Below, in pieces: positions 19,756-30,609 of a stretch of DNA of 64,000 bases. Source of the stretch: Trypanosoma brucei (lineage: Eukaryota); the NCBI GenBank assembly GCA_000002445.1, contig CH464491.1, forward strand, positions 2,176,001 through 2,240,000. The letters run 5' to 3'. Positions within the stretch are counted from its first letter, which is position 1. Each line of letters begins with the position of its first letter. The notes under the pieces were generated by a model, which saw only the letters and a list, made by a program, of their open reading frames with translations, ran no database searches and was not told where the DNA came from. Both the position numbers and the translations under genes were made by a program.

Positions 19756-22044
19756 ATGTTGTTTTGTCGGCATTTATTGTTCAGAGGAAGCTGTTTATTT
19801 TTGACAGCGAAACAAGGTATAGTATCAACAAATGAACCAGCGACTGTTCAAGGGTTTTATTCATGTATGGAATATGATGACCTTGGTGCTGCAGACGTTC
19901 CAGATTTGCAAGTTTCACTTCTCCCATTTCAGAGGGAAGGTGTATACTGGATGATGCTTCGTGAGCGTCATCATGTGGGTGGTATAATGGCTGATCAACT
20001 TGGAATGGGTAAAACAATTCAGATGATAGGCCTATGTCTTAGTTCTCACCAGTGCAATAAAGTCGTACGTGAACGTCACATTCGGAATATTCAAACAAAG
20101 GCCCAAAATTATCGGTTGTTAACAGTGATTAGACAGATGCAGCGCATCACTGTTGTTGCAAACTGCTCAAGAATTAATCGCCCGGCTACGGATCTTCGTT
20201 CCTTATTGAGTAAAGTTGAATGCTCCGATGCAAATCATTCTGATCAGAATATGTCAGATGTTCGTACGGAGGTGGAAAAGTGGCTTCGGTTCACTGGTAA
20301 GTTCCATCCTACGTATGAGAAACGGGCTTTGGCCTTTTTAGATGACGAACAAAAACGGTCGTTCGATTTAATTGAGTCGAAAGAACTTCGTACTCTCGTA
20401 GTAGTTCCAGCAGCTCTAATGCTCCAATGGAAAAGTGAGATTGAGTCGAAGGTAAAATCATCGCGGGGTTTGAGGGTTTACCTCTATCACGGACAGAGCA
20501 AAGTAATTAGCAATACAGAGCTTGAGTTGTACGATTTTGTCATTACTACATATGACACCTTGGCGAACTCCGCCAGCGGCGCCTTTGCGCCGGCATTTGG
20601 TGACAGTAACATAGTGTTTAACAGGAGAGAAGCTGGCCCACTTTTCCATATCCGATGGAAGCGCATTATTTTGGATGAGGCACATATGGTTAGGCATTCC
20701 CGAACTCAAAGGTGGAGGGCCGTTAAGGAATTACAGGGGGTACATCGGTGGGCCGTCACGGCCACACCTCTTCATAACAATATCGAAGATATTCAAAATC
20801 TTCTCCATTTTGTGGGCCTCCCCAGACTTCCAGTGCTCCCAGGGTCAAATCCAGAGGAAATTCTAAACGATCCAATTCTACAGCGTGGTATAGCGCGCTC
20901 ACTGCAACCTGCGTTCTTGCGTCGGGGTCCAGTAATGATTCGCAATGGTAAAAGAGAGGTGCTAGTGGAGCTCCCACCCAAAACCGAGAAGGTTGTTATG
21001 AAGCGCTTTTCTTCCGAGGAGTCCAAACGGTACAACAGCATACTTGCCCGATCGAGGTCGGCGTTGGAGAGTTCGGAGCGTAAGGAGGCTGCTTTTCACA
21101 TTTTTGCTATGATGACACGCCTTCGTCAGGCGTGTTGTCACCCGTGGATTAGTAGGGATCGTGCGCTTACCGTATCAGTGTGTGGTATATGCAAAAGCGA
21201 AGCTGTCTCTTCAGTCTTAACGAAGTGTGGACATTACTTTTGTTATGAGTGCTTGCTTCTTCGATTCCGTGATGCGGTTGATGGTGACAGCGTTGCCGTT
21301 CGCCTGGAGTGCCCCACCTGCGGGGAAATCATCACAAAAAGTTCTGTGTTTAGGAATCAAACACTTACCTCGGCGGAGCGCATTGCCAAACTGAAAAACG
21401 AGGAAGTGGAAGTAAGTACAAAATTACAGATGATACTGGATTCCATTCAGGCAATGAAGAAGAATTGCCCCGATGATAAAATGATTATATTTTCACATTT
21501 TACTTCATTCATGGACGTTATATCGGTAGCTCTCGACAATTTGGACATAGCTCATTTACGTTTGGACGGAACAATGAGTTTGAGCAGCCGAAACCTCGTG
21601 ATTCGTTGCTTTCAATCGAGTGATGATGTACGGGTTATTCTTGCGAGCAAAACAGCAACAGGTGTTGGATTAAACTTAACGGCGGCTAATCACGTTTTGG
21701 TAGTTGATCCGTGGTGGAATCCGGCCATTGAAGAGCAGGCTGTTCATCGCTGTTATCGCATCGGCCAGCGCAAGCACGTTCACGTGAAGCGCATAATTAT
21801 CGAAGACACAATCGAGCAATACTGCTACGAGATTTGCAGGCGTAAGAAGGAATTTGGTGATGCAATCTTGCGAGCCGCAACGAAAGGAGAGTCCGGAGCA
21901 TCGTTGGCAACATCGAAACTTCGTGAGTTACTTTCTCGCCTGCAGTTTGTCCCAGATAGCAACAAAACGAGCGACAATGTGGGCGATAACTTCACTAAAA
22001 CTGCAAGGGAGGACTGTGCCAGTGGCAGTAAAAGTTCAAGATAA
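19756..22044 (+). CDS. SNF2-family DNA-dependent ATPase with an embedded C3HC4 RING finger (RAD5/RAD16/SHPRH-like DNA repair helicase)
   Basis: Motif I is LGMGKTIQ, motif II is ILDEAHMVRH, and motif III is WAVTATPLHNNIEDIQNLLHFVG. The RING is CGICKSEAVSSVLTKCGHYFCYECL...CPTCGE, inserted before helicase-C (LDGTMSLSSRN...DPWWNPAIEEQAVHRCYRIGQ). The track start at 19747 is GTG; the first ATG at 19756 directly follows a poly-pyrimidine/AG tract, and an alternative ATG lies at 19867. Confidence 0.9.
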   Translation: MLFCRHLLFRGSCLFLTAKQGIVSTNEPATVQGFYSCMEYDDLGAADVPDLQVSLLPFQREGVYWMMLRERHHVGGIMADQLGMGKTIQMIGLCLSSHQCNKVVRERHIRNIQTKAQNYRLLTVIRQMQRITVVANCSRINRPATDLRSLLSKVECSDANHSDQNMSDVRTEVEKWLRFTGKFHPTYEKRALAFLDDEQKRSFDLIESKELRTLVVVPAALMLQWKSEIESKVKSSRGLRVYLYHGQSKVISNTELELYDFVITTYDTLANSASGAFAPAFGDSNIVFNRREAGPLFHIRWKRIILDEAHMVRHSRTQRWRAVKELQGVHRWAVTATPLHNNIEDIQNLLHFVGLPRLPVLPGSNPEEILNDPILQRGIARSLQPAFLRRGPVMIRNGKREVLVELPPKTEKVVMKRFSSEESKRYNSILARSRSALESSERKEAAFHIFAMMTRLRQACCHPWISRDRALTVSVCGICKSEAVSSVLTKCGHYFCYECLLLRFRDAVDGDSVAVRLECPTCGEIITKSSVFRNQTLTSAERIAKLKNEEVEVSTKLQMILDSIQAMKKNCPDDKMIIFSHFTSFMDVISVALDNLDIAHLRLDGTMSLSSRNLVIRCFQSSDDVRVILASKTATGVGLNLTAANHVLVVDPWWNPAIEEQAVHRCYRIGQRKHVHVKRIIIEDTIEQYCYEICRRKKEFGDAILRAATKGESGASLATSKLRELLSRLQFVPDSNKTSDNVGDNFTKTAREDCASGSKSSR

Positions 22045-22365
22045 ACGTATGCGTTGCCGCTGAAAGTATTCATTTTTCGCTTCAGGGCTGTACCATATGG
22101 ACTGCTGCTGTGTTGTTTGTGGAAGTGTTAACGTCAGCTGCCGTCAGGTAAAAACAGTGGTTCTAGTTTTGCGGAGGGGAGGAGGCAGGGGGTGCTCGGC
22201 GTTGAAAACAACTTTTCACCGCTCATGTTACTGTTGCTTGAATCTTTACGGAGTTGTTTTATGCTCCTTCTTGCTCTGTATGTATATTTGTTGTGCTCAC
22301 AGGGTTGTTACAGGTAGGGGCACCAGTGTTAGAAAACCTAATTTTCAGTCTCGCCATACCTTTCG

Positions 22366-22863
22366 ATGGCACTTGAAGGGTCAACACCAGAGGCGTTTTC
22401 GTTGTATGCCTTACCGACGTTTCGAATAACTAACTCGTGGGCGCAGCAGACGCGGACGGGGTTGTTTCAACCTCCGGAACTGTCCACTTCCCCGGCTCGG
22501 TTTGACAGCGGTGATTGTAGCAGCAGTAATGGGGCGAACTCAGCCCCATTTGCCGCATCGCGAAATGAGTGTTACCTAGTGTCTAGATGCAATTTTGGAC
22601 CGGATGGGGAGCTGTTGCTACGTAAAGGGGATCGCTCTCTCGAGAGCATCATGAACATGATTATCAATGAGATCGGTAAGGAGCAGGATGCGTTTGCCAC
22701 TCAGAGGGAAGGTAATCTTGTCTTAGAGCGTGAACTAAGACAGGTTCAACAAGGCCGAAGGGATGCAGAGCTCGAGTTGCATAAGACCGAGGCACTTTTG
22801 TTTTGTGTCAAGTCAATAGTTAAGGAGCAGCAAAACTTGCTGAATGAACTGAGGCACGTGTAG
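22366..22863 (+). CDS. Hypothetical small protein (165 aa) with a C-terminal coiled-coil-like segment
   Basis: ORF with a verified ATG in a 1 kb inter-CDS gap, on the same strand as the unit. No homology recognised; it could be UTR. Confidence 0.3.
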   Translation: MALEGSTPEAFSLYALPTFRITNSWAQQTRTGLFQPPELSTSPARFDSGDCSSSNGANSAPFAASRNECYLVSRCNFGPDGELLLRKGDRSLESIMNMIINEIGKEQDAFATQREGNLVLERELRQVQQGRRDAELELHKTEALLFCVKSIVKEQQNLLNELRHV

Positions 22864-23087
22864 GCGAACAATTAAGTTTGGGGACGCGTAGTTGGTATTG
22901 TTTTCCGAGTATTTTCTTCGTCCTGGAGGTCACACAGCTGTGTTGCATATACGACGCTTTTTTTTTTTTTTGAATACCACATGCGAGTCCGAGCCGCGTT
23001 TGTGCTTCCTCTGCTTCCCAAATAATCTTTGTGATTATTAACCTCTCTCCTATGCTTATCAGTTTAAGAAGTGTTTCGTAAGCAACG

Positions 23088-24341
23088 ATGGAAGAAGGAA
23101 CGTATGCGGGGCAACTGGGGACGCAAAATCTAGATAGTGTCGTAGAGACGGATGAAACTAACTTTCTCCACGAACGGTTATCCTCCAAAATTAGTAATGG
23201 GTTTGCTTCGAGTGCGTACTGGGGTGCCACCGGGGAGTTGCCGCCCCGGGAGCCGGATGACGTGGCTGGGAAGAAGCCACATTGCTTTGAAATGGAACTC
23301 AATCGCAAACTTGTACCCTTCCCTGAGGACAAGACTAGTCTTCCGCGGATATTGGATTACTCACACGTTGGGCTTCATCGACTAAGGGACGGCGCTGAGG
23401 ATCCTCCGAAGCTTAACGAGGCTCAGTTGCGGGCGTTGGAGGCTGGTGGATCGGCCTCAGGGGATAACACGTTAAAGAGAAGGGGGCTGCCTCTTTTGGA
23501 GAGGACAACCACACAAGGGCGTACCATCGGTAAGGGGATCTTAGGTCCTGAAGCACTGAACGCCCTTCGGGAAGGAAATGCCAACATAAGTGCAGCAGAA
23601 GCTAACCGTGAGCAACTAAAGAGCAAGCCCTTCACATCTGCAGACCCCAATGCCTACCGGCCGACTTCGTGGGACTACTGTGACATGACCGGTATTGATC
23701 CATCTTCTTACTGGGTTACCGCGCTTGATCAAGAGAGCGTGGGGATGCCTGCCGTCTACAAGAGTCGATACAATTTGGTCGAGAAAGAGGGGCCCGTGCG
23801 GCGGGAAAGAACTACATTGATGCTGGAACGGGGGAAGACTGTTGATAAAAAGCAATTGAGAGATACCCTGGATGGCATTAATGCTGAAGCAGTACCTCAA
23901 GGCTACAAAACTTGGTCAGCCGGTCACTGGATGAGCACCACTCATGATGCCCATGCCCCGTATGACATTGGAGGAGCTACGGAAATCAATAAGCGGAATG
24001 CGACTGTGCCACTCCCCAGGACGTACCACACGCTCACGCCGGTGCACGAGGAGACCGTCTTGTCGCAGACGCAGCGGCACCTGAACAGGCACAATGGTAA
24101 GTGGGCCACTGAATACTCAGTGTCTTACAAGGACAGTTTTGATGAAGCAGAGGTAAACAAGGCCTATAGCAAGAGAAGTATATTTGATATCAGGGACGGC
24201 GCCTACACCATGCACCCTTACGCTCATCACCCTCGCGACGATACGGCGACTGGGGAAAATTATACGCCTGCACAGATTGTACCGGGCCAATATACTTCCA
24301 TTGCCAGGCAACCACTTCACGCACGTAATGCTATCAAATAA
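23088..24341 (+). CDS. Hypothetical protein (417 aa)
   Basis: Long ORF with a verified ATG, preceded by a T14 poly-pyrimidine tract (22958-22971). No domain recognised. Confidence 0.55.
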   Translation: MEEGTYAGQLGTQNLDSVVETDETNFLHERLSSKISNGFASSAYWGATGELPPREPDDVAGKKPHCFEMELNRKLVPFPEDKTSLPRILDYSHVGLHRLRDGAEDPPKLNEAQLRALEAGGSASGDNTLKRRGLPLLERTTTQGRTIGKGILGPEALNALREGNANISAAEANREQLKSKPFTSADPNAYRPTSWDYCDMTGIDPSSYWVTALDQESVGMPAVYKSRYNLVEKEGPVRRERTTLMLERGKTVDKKQLRDTLDGINAEAVPQGYKTWSAGHWMSTTHDAHAPYDIGGATEINKRNATVPLPRTYHTLTPVHEETVLSQTQRHLNRHNGKWATEYSVSYKDSFDEAEVNKAYSKRSIFDIRDGAYTMHPYAHHPRDDTATGENYTPAQIVPGQYTSIARQPLHARNAIK

Positions 24342-25410
24342 GGTATTAACTCTCACACAGTGCGTGGATGCTTCTCCCTGAGAATGATACTTTGGATGAA
24401 CTGCGGGGAAAGATGCAGACGTGGAATAACTAGACCAACGTGCATCGGGGCCCCCAAATGTAGAAATATGTAGTTGTGTTTATTTGTTTGCCTTTTTCAC
24501 ACGCGGTAGAGAGTCCTGGCGTACATGTTTACAACTCCTCTAATACCACCGAATAACTGTGTCTGTTCACAATATATGTATTTTTGGACTTTTTTTTTGC
24601 GTTTTGGCAGTATGTTTACTTTTTTTTTTTGCTGTTAGGGTAGCTGGAGAGTCGTTTACATATCTGACTTCAACACACGGCACCACGACCTGCGTCCAAA
24701 AGTTGTGGGAAGTTTTGATTTTCGTTAGGAAAACTTTTAAACGACTGGTGTAGCTCTTAGTCTGTAAACGGGACGTACTAAACAGGTATCGTTTCAACCG
24801 AGGGGGCACGCTGGGATTTTTCATCGCGGACCTAATCTGTTTATCGGAGCGAAATAAAATTTAGGATGCGTTTCACTTTCGTGTAGTTGCCAACAGGAGG
24901 GTTTGAAGGCCTACTTCCCCCCTCCCCATTGGCAGCCTGTGTTGTTACGTTTGTGAAATGTCCTGGGGGATGCAGTTGCTCGCAAATATTGTCCTCTGGT
25001 GTTTCCGTATTTGCTGAGATGGTGTCGGCGGGAGGGGCTGATGCTTGCTATCTGTGTTAGTGTGTGGAGTACAAGGCGAACATTTTCTTGATGGTTTGAT
25101 TACTCCATTAGTATTGCCGTTGCATGCAGCTATCTCTTTGAGGTATTGTGCATTTTGATTCCAATGGTGCTATCAGTCAAGAGGGCCACGAGCAGGGCAT
25201 TTTGAAGGTCTACCCGGAGATGATTACTTAGCGACTAGTCTCTGTAAGTGAAAATGGTTTAATGGTACGGTAGCGGGGTAAGTGGTTTTTTTTTTCACTG
25301 TCTTATGGTTGCTTATTTTTGTCCAATCCCTTTTCACTCAATTTCCCTGCTATGCCTTCCTTCAGGTTTGCAGTAGCAGAGACTAAATAGCGTAGTCGGC
25401 AGTTAAATAT

Positions 25411-25968
25411 ATGTTGAATCCGACATTTTCTCTGTACAGGAAGACGTTGCAGTCCTATCCTGTACCACCGAAGATTCGCCACTACGATCGGCGATGGAGT
25501 GGAAGTCGCACAAACCCATACAATCGTCAATATTGGCGCGTGATTATGAACGAGAACTACTCCCGTCCATCCTTTTGGGTTTCAGACTTCCGTCACCGTT
25601 ACTTGATGCGTACAGGAACGGATTATCAAGGGCAGGTGCCTTCTTCACCACAACCCGGCCTCTACCAGGGGTTCAGTGACGTACATAAATTGTTAGCCAA
25701 CCACCCCAAACCACAGAGGGAATCCCGCCATTTACCAGTGTTGCCGATGACCCCACGGGTTGTCTTTGAACACGCCAATGAAAAGCGCATAGATACGGCG
25801 AAGAAGATGCGCAGGGACAGACGCAGGATAGAGGAATTGAAAACATTGGAATTTTGGGGGTGGTATATGAAGCTGCAGCGCGTCCGGGGCCGCTGGTGCC
25901 GGGAACAGGGCGTTTCGAGCCGTGGCGTTTATGGACCGGCAGTGGACGCAGCGGAGTTATGGGGTTAG
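25411..25968 (+). CDS. Hypothetical basic protein (185 aa)
   Basis: ORF with a verified ATG. Arg/Lys-rich. No recognised domain. Confidence 0.4.
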   Translation: MLNPTFSLYRKTLQSYPVPPKIRHYDRRWSGSRTNPYNRQYWRVIMNENYSRPSFWVSDFRHRYLMRTGTDYQGQVPSSPQPGLYQGFSDVHKLLANHPKPQRESRHLPVLPMTPRVVFEHANEKRIDTAKKMRRDRRRIEELKTLEFWGWYMKLQRVRGRWCREQGVSSRGVYGPAVDAAELWG

Positions 25969-26205
25969 TGTTTCAACGTGGAATGTGTCTGTGTTAGGAA
26001 GGAGGAGGTCCGTTTGTTGAATCCCCTATATCTTTACGCACACTTACTCTTAACACATCCTTTACTGGCTGTCACGTTTCCACCTTGCTTACGTTGCGTT
26101 AAGTTTCTCTTTCCCATTTTATTTACGTAGAGGCATTAGAAACCGAGTGCACTTGGGTAGGCCGATTGTCCGTCCTCCACTACCACCGCACCCCCAGTAA
26201 AAGCC

Positions 26206-27777
26206 ATGATGAAGGGCAAACGCCTGAGCAAACGCCTCAGACGTAAGGAGGAACAAGAAGAGATAATCGAAGACCTCGACCTCGACGTGGAGGACTACGA
26301 GATTGAGGAGGATGACGTCGTCCACAATCGACGTAGTAAAGTGAAGGACAAGGGTGACGGAGTGAATGGTGTGCTCCCGGTGGACGCTCACAAGCTGGAA
26401 GGCTTTGACGATGACGATGAGGAAAAGGGTGCTCATCTAGAGGAAGAGAGACTCGCTCTTGAAGTAAACAAGACTATGCGAAAAAATACGGTTGATTCTG
26501 ATTTTGATGTTGGTGGTATCTCCGCGGGAACGAAGCGTAAGAGGACACCCGAATTTAACGTAACCCAAAGTGTTGCACCCGTTATTGAGGCCGTGGAGCG
26601 CGACTACGCCGCATTAACTTCTTCGGAGCGGCTGTCAATTGTGCAGAAAGAGTCTCCTGAGATGATCAAGATGCTTGAGGAAATGAAGCGGTACCTTGCC
26701 GAGGTGAGGGAACTGGGCGATCCTCTTCACGAACTGCTCTTCCGGCGGCGACTGTCAAGCGCCGATCGGAGCCTCGTTCAGTTCCTGGAAACAAAGGTGC
26801 AGCTAATGCTCAGTTATTGTATGCACGTGACATTCTATTTACTTATGAAAACGGAAGGCAAAAAGATTGCCGGCCACCCAGTCATAGACAATCTGGTGGA
26901 GATACGTGTTTACCTTGAGAAGTTGTTCCATATGGAGGAGAAGCTGCAGTACTCGTTGAATCGCCTACTAAGCGGCAAGACAACAGCTGTTGCACACCTT
27001 GATACTCTACGCCCTCTTCAGTGTAATGAGCGCGTCTCCATGACAACCAACAAAGATGCAAAGAAGAGTCGCAAGCAACTTGAAGCGATGAAAGAAGCGG
27101 AAGAAATTGAGAAGGAGGAAATGGCAACAATGAACCGCATTCGCACTAAGAAGTCAGGTAGCCTTGACGAGGTAACACCTGTTGATAGCAAGGCAGCCGC
27201 TTCAGTACTGGGCTACCACGAGGATGAAGACCAGTTTTTTGCAAAGCTAGCGGCAACCGAGAGTGACGAAGATGGAGAGGAGGGCCTTTCCTTAGTTGAG
27301 CGCTTAAAGAAGCGTCAACGAGCACTCGCAAAGGGTAGCGACGACGCTGACGACGAAGGCAATCGCAACGGAAACGTGATCGTGGATGATGATGATGATG
27401 GTAGTTATGACCAAGAGGAGTGTGAAGACGAGCTTCTCAGTGAGGGTGTGAACGAAGAGGGCGAGTACGAGACGCTCTTGGAGGAGGAGCGGGATCGCCA
27501 GAAGAGAAGGGTTGCGACTCTGCAACCCAAGCGGGAGTTAATCGAACCTGCAGTGGATCGTCGCAAGACGACCAAGAAGATTGAAACGCACCGGGGGCTG
27601 ACCAAATCTCGCCCGAAGGACCGGAAAACTCCCCGGACAGCTCAACGACGCAAGTATGAGAAAGGTTTGCGCATCCATAAGACACAGACACGCACTGTTC
27701 AACCGGAGCCGGAGGGTGGCTTTGTGGGTGTGCCGCTGCTCAAGTCTCGCGTTACGCAAAGCGTTCGGTTTCAGTAG
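26206..27777 (+). CDS. SAS10/UTP3-family protein (U3 snoRNP / SSU-processome component-like)
   Basis: The N-terminus is acidic. A Sas10/Utp3/C1D-type domain is present (LVQFLETKVQLMLSYCMHVTFYLLMKTEGKKIAGHPVIDNLVEIRVYLEKL). Acidic stretches appear mid-protein. The basic C-terminus with RRKYEKGLRIHK resembles the Sas10 C-terminal domain. Confidence 0.7.
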   Translation: MMKGKRLSKRLRRKEEQEEIIEDLDLDVEDYEIEEDDVVHNRRSKVKDKGDGVNGVLPVDAHKLEGFDDDDEEKGAHLEEERLALEVNKTMRKNTVDSDFDVGGISAGTKRKRTPEFNVTQSVAPVIEAVERDYAALTSSERLSIVQKESPEMIKMLEEMKRYLAEVRELGDPLHELLFRRRLSSADRSLVQFLETKVQLMLSYCMHVTFYLLMKTEGKKIAGHPVIDNLVEIRVYLEKLFHMEEKLQYSLNRLLSGKTTAVAHLDTLRPLQCNERVSMTTNKDAKKSRKQLEAMKEAEEIEKEEMATMNRIRTKKSGSLDEVTPVDSKAAASVLGYHEDEDQFFAKLAATESDEDGEEGLSLVERLKKRQRALAKGSDDADDEGNRNGNVIVDDDDDGSYDQEECEDELLSEGVNEEGEYETLLEEERDRQKRRVATLQPKRELIEPAVDRRKTTKKIETHRGLTKSRPKDRKTPRTAQRRKYEKGLRIHKTQTRTVQPEPEGGFVGVPLLKSRVTQSVRFQ

Positions 27778-28205
27778 TGGTTGAAGAAGGAGTTCTGTCT
27801 AAGTGCGTTGTTTCGTACGGTGGCTTGGTACGGTACAAGCGTTGTGATCTTTGGGACGCACGGGAACTTCCGTGGTCTGCCCGGCGCTAATGTGCTGTTC
27901 AGCGGTTACGTTTGGTTAAAAAAAATAATTATGCTGTGAATACCGGAGGACAATAAGAAAAAACAAACCAAATCAGTAAGCAATAAACCCAAGTAAAATT
28001 AATTAAGACCGCGTCACCTGTGGGCATTATTACTACTGCTTGTTTATTGAGCTGCAGCTTGCCAATGGGATATTTGTCACTCCCGGTGTGGCGAGTGCAG
28101 CTTTTGGCTGAACATGTTCGTCGGTGGTGACTTGTTGCTTTTTATCAATTTTGCTCTTTACTCTTGCCAAACATAGAATAATTAGACTCGGAGTAAACAC
28201 GACTC

Positions 28206-29927
28206 ATGCAACCTATAGAACGTGCTGAGGAGCTACTGGCCCATGAGCGAGAGAAAATTGGTTTGTTCCGGATGCCGTTTCGCACACTTCAACTTTCATG
28301 TGCCTATTGCGTGAAGACTGTCACCAGCTACGTTGTCAAGTGTATCAAGTCATCCGCCTTTATGTTTGTGCTACCGGTTATCCTTCTGGTGGTTGGAGTT
28401 TCGACTTTTTTGATCGATTCCCCCGCTGGTCGTGCATTCAGGTTCCTAGACGCTGATGGCGATGGCTATGTGTCAGTTGCAGAGGTGGAGGGTTATTTTA
28501 GAGACAAATTGAACAGGAAACTGGGTGCTGGACGAGGGGCAAATTCTATTTTCCCTTCCGGAACTGCCCGTTTAGACAAGTCGAAGTTCACGTCATGGTG
28601 GGTGGAAGGCTACGGTGATGCTGTTAGACAGAACGCTTTCTTCAACCAAGGACCCTGGAGGGAGGCTGAGTACATGCTCGCTGATGCGCTGTGGTGGCTC
28701 GGCCTGGGAATCCTTTCTTCAATTGGTTTGGGCACAGGGATGCACTCTGGGTTGTTGTTCTTGTTTCCCTATATTTACCAGCTTTGCGCTGCAGTAGACT
28801 CATGCGGTAACACTAACTTTTGGACGTACCCGGTGAACCCCATTTACGGGCCGCGGGATCGTGTGTTTGCCTGCCTTAACCCTCAAAAGAAGGATGTCCC
28901 GACGTCGGTACTTACACGTGTGCTGATGCTGCTCCCTGCATGCTTCATTTGGGGGGTGGGCACAGCAATCGGCGAGATTCCGCCGTACCTGTTGAGTTAC
29001 ACGGCGGCCCGGCAGGGAAAGCGCAACTCGGAGTTGGATGAGGCTTCAAGGTACGACATCCTTAATAAAATGAAGGCATGGATGCTGGAGAAAATACAAC
29101 GTTATGGCTTCGTAGCAGTTCTCCTACTCGCCGCTTGGCCTAACATGGCTTTTGATCTCTGTGGTATGGCCTGCGGACAGTTTCTGATGCCCTTCTGGAC
29201 CTTCTTTGGTGCAACACTCATTGGTAAGGCATTTTGCAAGATTACACTGCAGGCTGTTTTCTTTGTTCATCTATTCTCCGGTGACAACGTGGAGCGCTTG
29301 ATCCATCGTGTAGGTGACGTCATAGCAGCTGTTGTTGTTATCCCCTCCTCAGTTTATTCGGGTGGGACTCAGGGCCTTGTCAAAAAGGCCGTAGAGGCTG
29401 TTGTGCGCGCCCGCCAAAGTATCGCCCTAAGGGCACGCGGTGAAGCAACTGTCGGCGAGGGAATGCAGTCTGCATCCCTCTTAGCGACTATCTTCGGTTG
29501 GGTAGTCGTTGCAGCAATCGCTTTTTTCGCTAAATCCGTCGTGGAAACGTTTGCTCAGAACGAGCAACAACAATACGACAAGATTGTACTAGAATATATT
29601 GGGAAGGCATTGGCACGAGGTCGGTCGAAAAAGAGCGTCACCGACGAAGAATTGCTTCAACTAATTGAGGAGTCGCAACGCTTATGCGTGGAACCAGAGC
29701 ACCTGATGAGTTTTAACCATGAGACGCTCGTAACCTATGTTTGCGTGGTTGTCGCTGGTTTCGTGATGGTTCACTATTCCGCAGTTGCCGGTCTCTCGCT
29801 CCTATTCCACATGTTTGTGTGTATGGTACATAACAACGAGTCTCTCCACCCAGTGACACTGTGGTTGCTGCGACTGTTGTTTGCGTCAGCGGCCCTTTAC
29901 ACGTTGTGTGGCCTGGAAACGCTGTAG
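28206..29927 (+). CDS. VMP1: Vacuole membrane protein 1 (VMP1/EPG-3 family; DedA-superfamily ER scramblase-like)
   Basis: Strong matches to metazoan VMP1. [26 protein letters not shown] matches [39 protein letters not shown] matches WGIGTAIGELPPY, and [17 protein letters not shown] matches [17 protein letters not shown]. Multiple TM helices are present. Confidence 0.88.
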   Translation: [573 protein letters not shown]

Positions 29928-30609
29928 TATAGGGGACCGCTTAGCTAGAAATCTCGTTTCTTTGCTAGTGATGCATAAGAATGACCATTTGTATGTGTGG
30001 CTGGGGTGTAGGCAATTATACTTCAGTGAATTCGTTGGTGATGCATAACCAAGGCTACACATCCACAAGTATTTACTCTAAACCAAATTTGTGGCGCCTT
30101 TGTGCCGACGAGGTCCATGGTGCTGACCGTAGAACAACAACAACACTGGAAATGACATAATTAGAATGGCGGGAGCGATGTGCATTGCTGTGGGTAAGTG
30201 TCTGCAGCAGACGCCGCGAGTCGACGGCGCTGGGATAAAGGTGGCACAGCGAAAGGACAAATACTGTTCTGTCACTTGCTCTTTTCGGCCGTCAAGGTGG
30301 CAGTCGTGAGCAGGGGTGGGGGGTGGGAGATTGAACTAGACAAAGCAATGAGTGACATGATGCTTCAAGTTTGTTATTGTTGATGTATTTGCGTGTCCCC
30401 TAATCATTTGTGCAATATCCCCAGTTGTGATAATGATTCGTTCATTATGTCCATAAATGCGCCTTACTGGCTCCATCTATTTCCTCTGAGGTTGTTTGTA
30501 TGCCGAATTCTACAATTAGGTAATAGCGACAAGCGGTTCAACCGAGCCAAACCGTGCTATCGTTTTGGTATCCCACGTATTTCGGGGGTAGGAGGTTCTT
30601 TTTCGAGAT

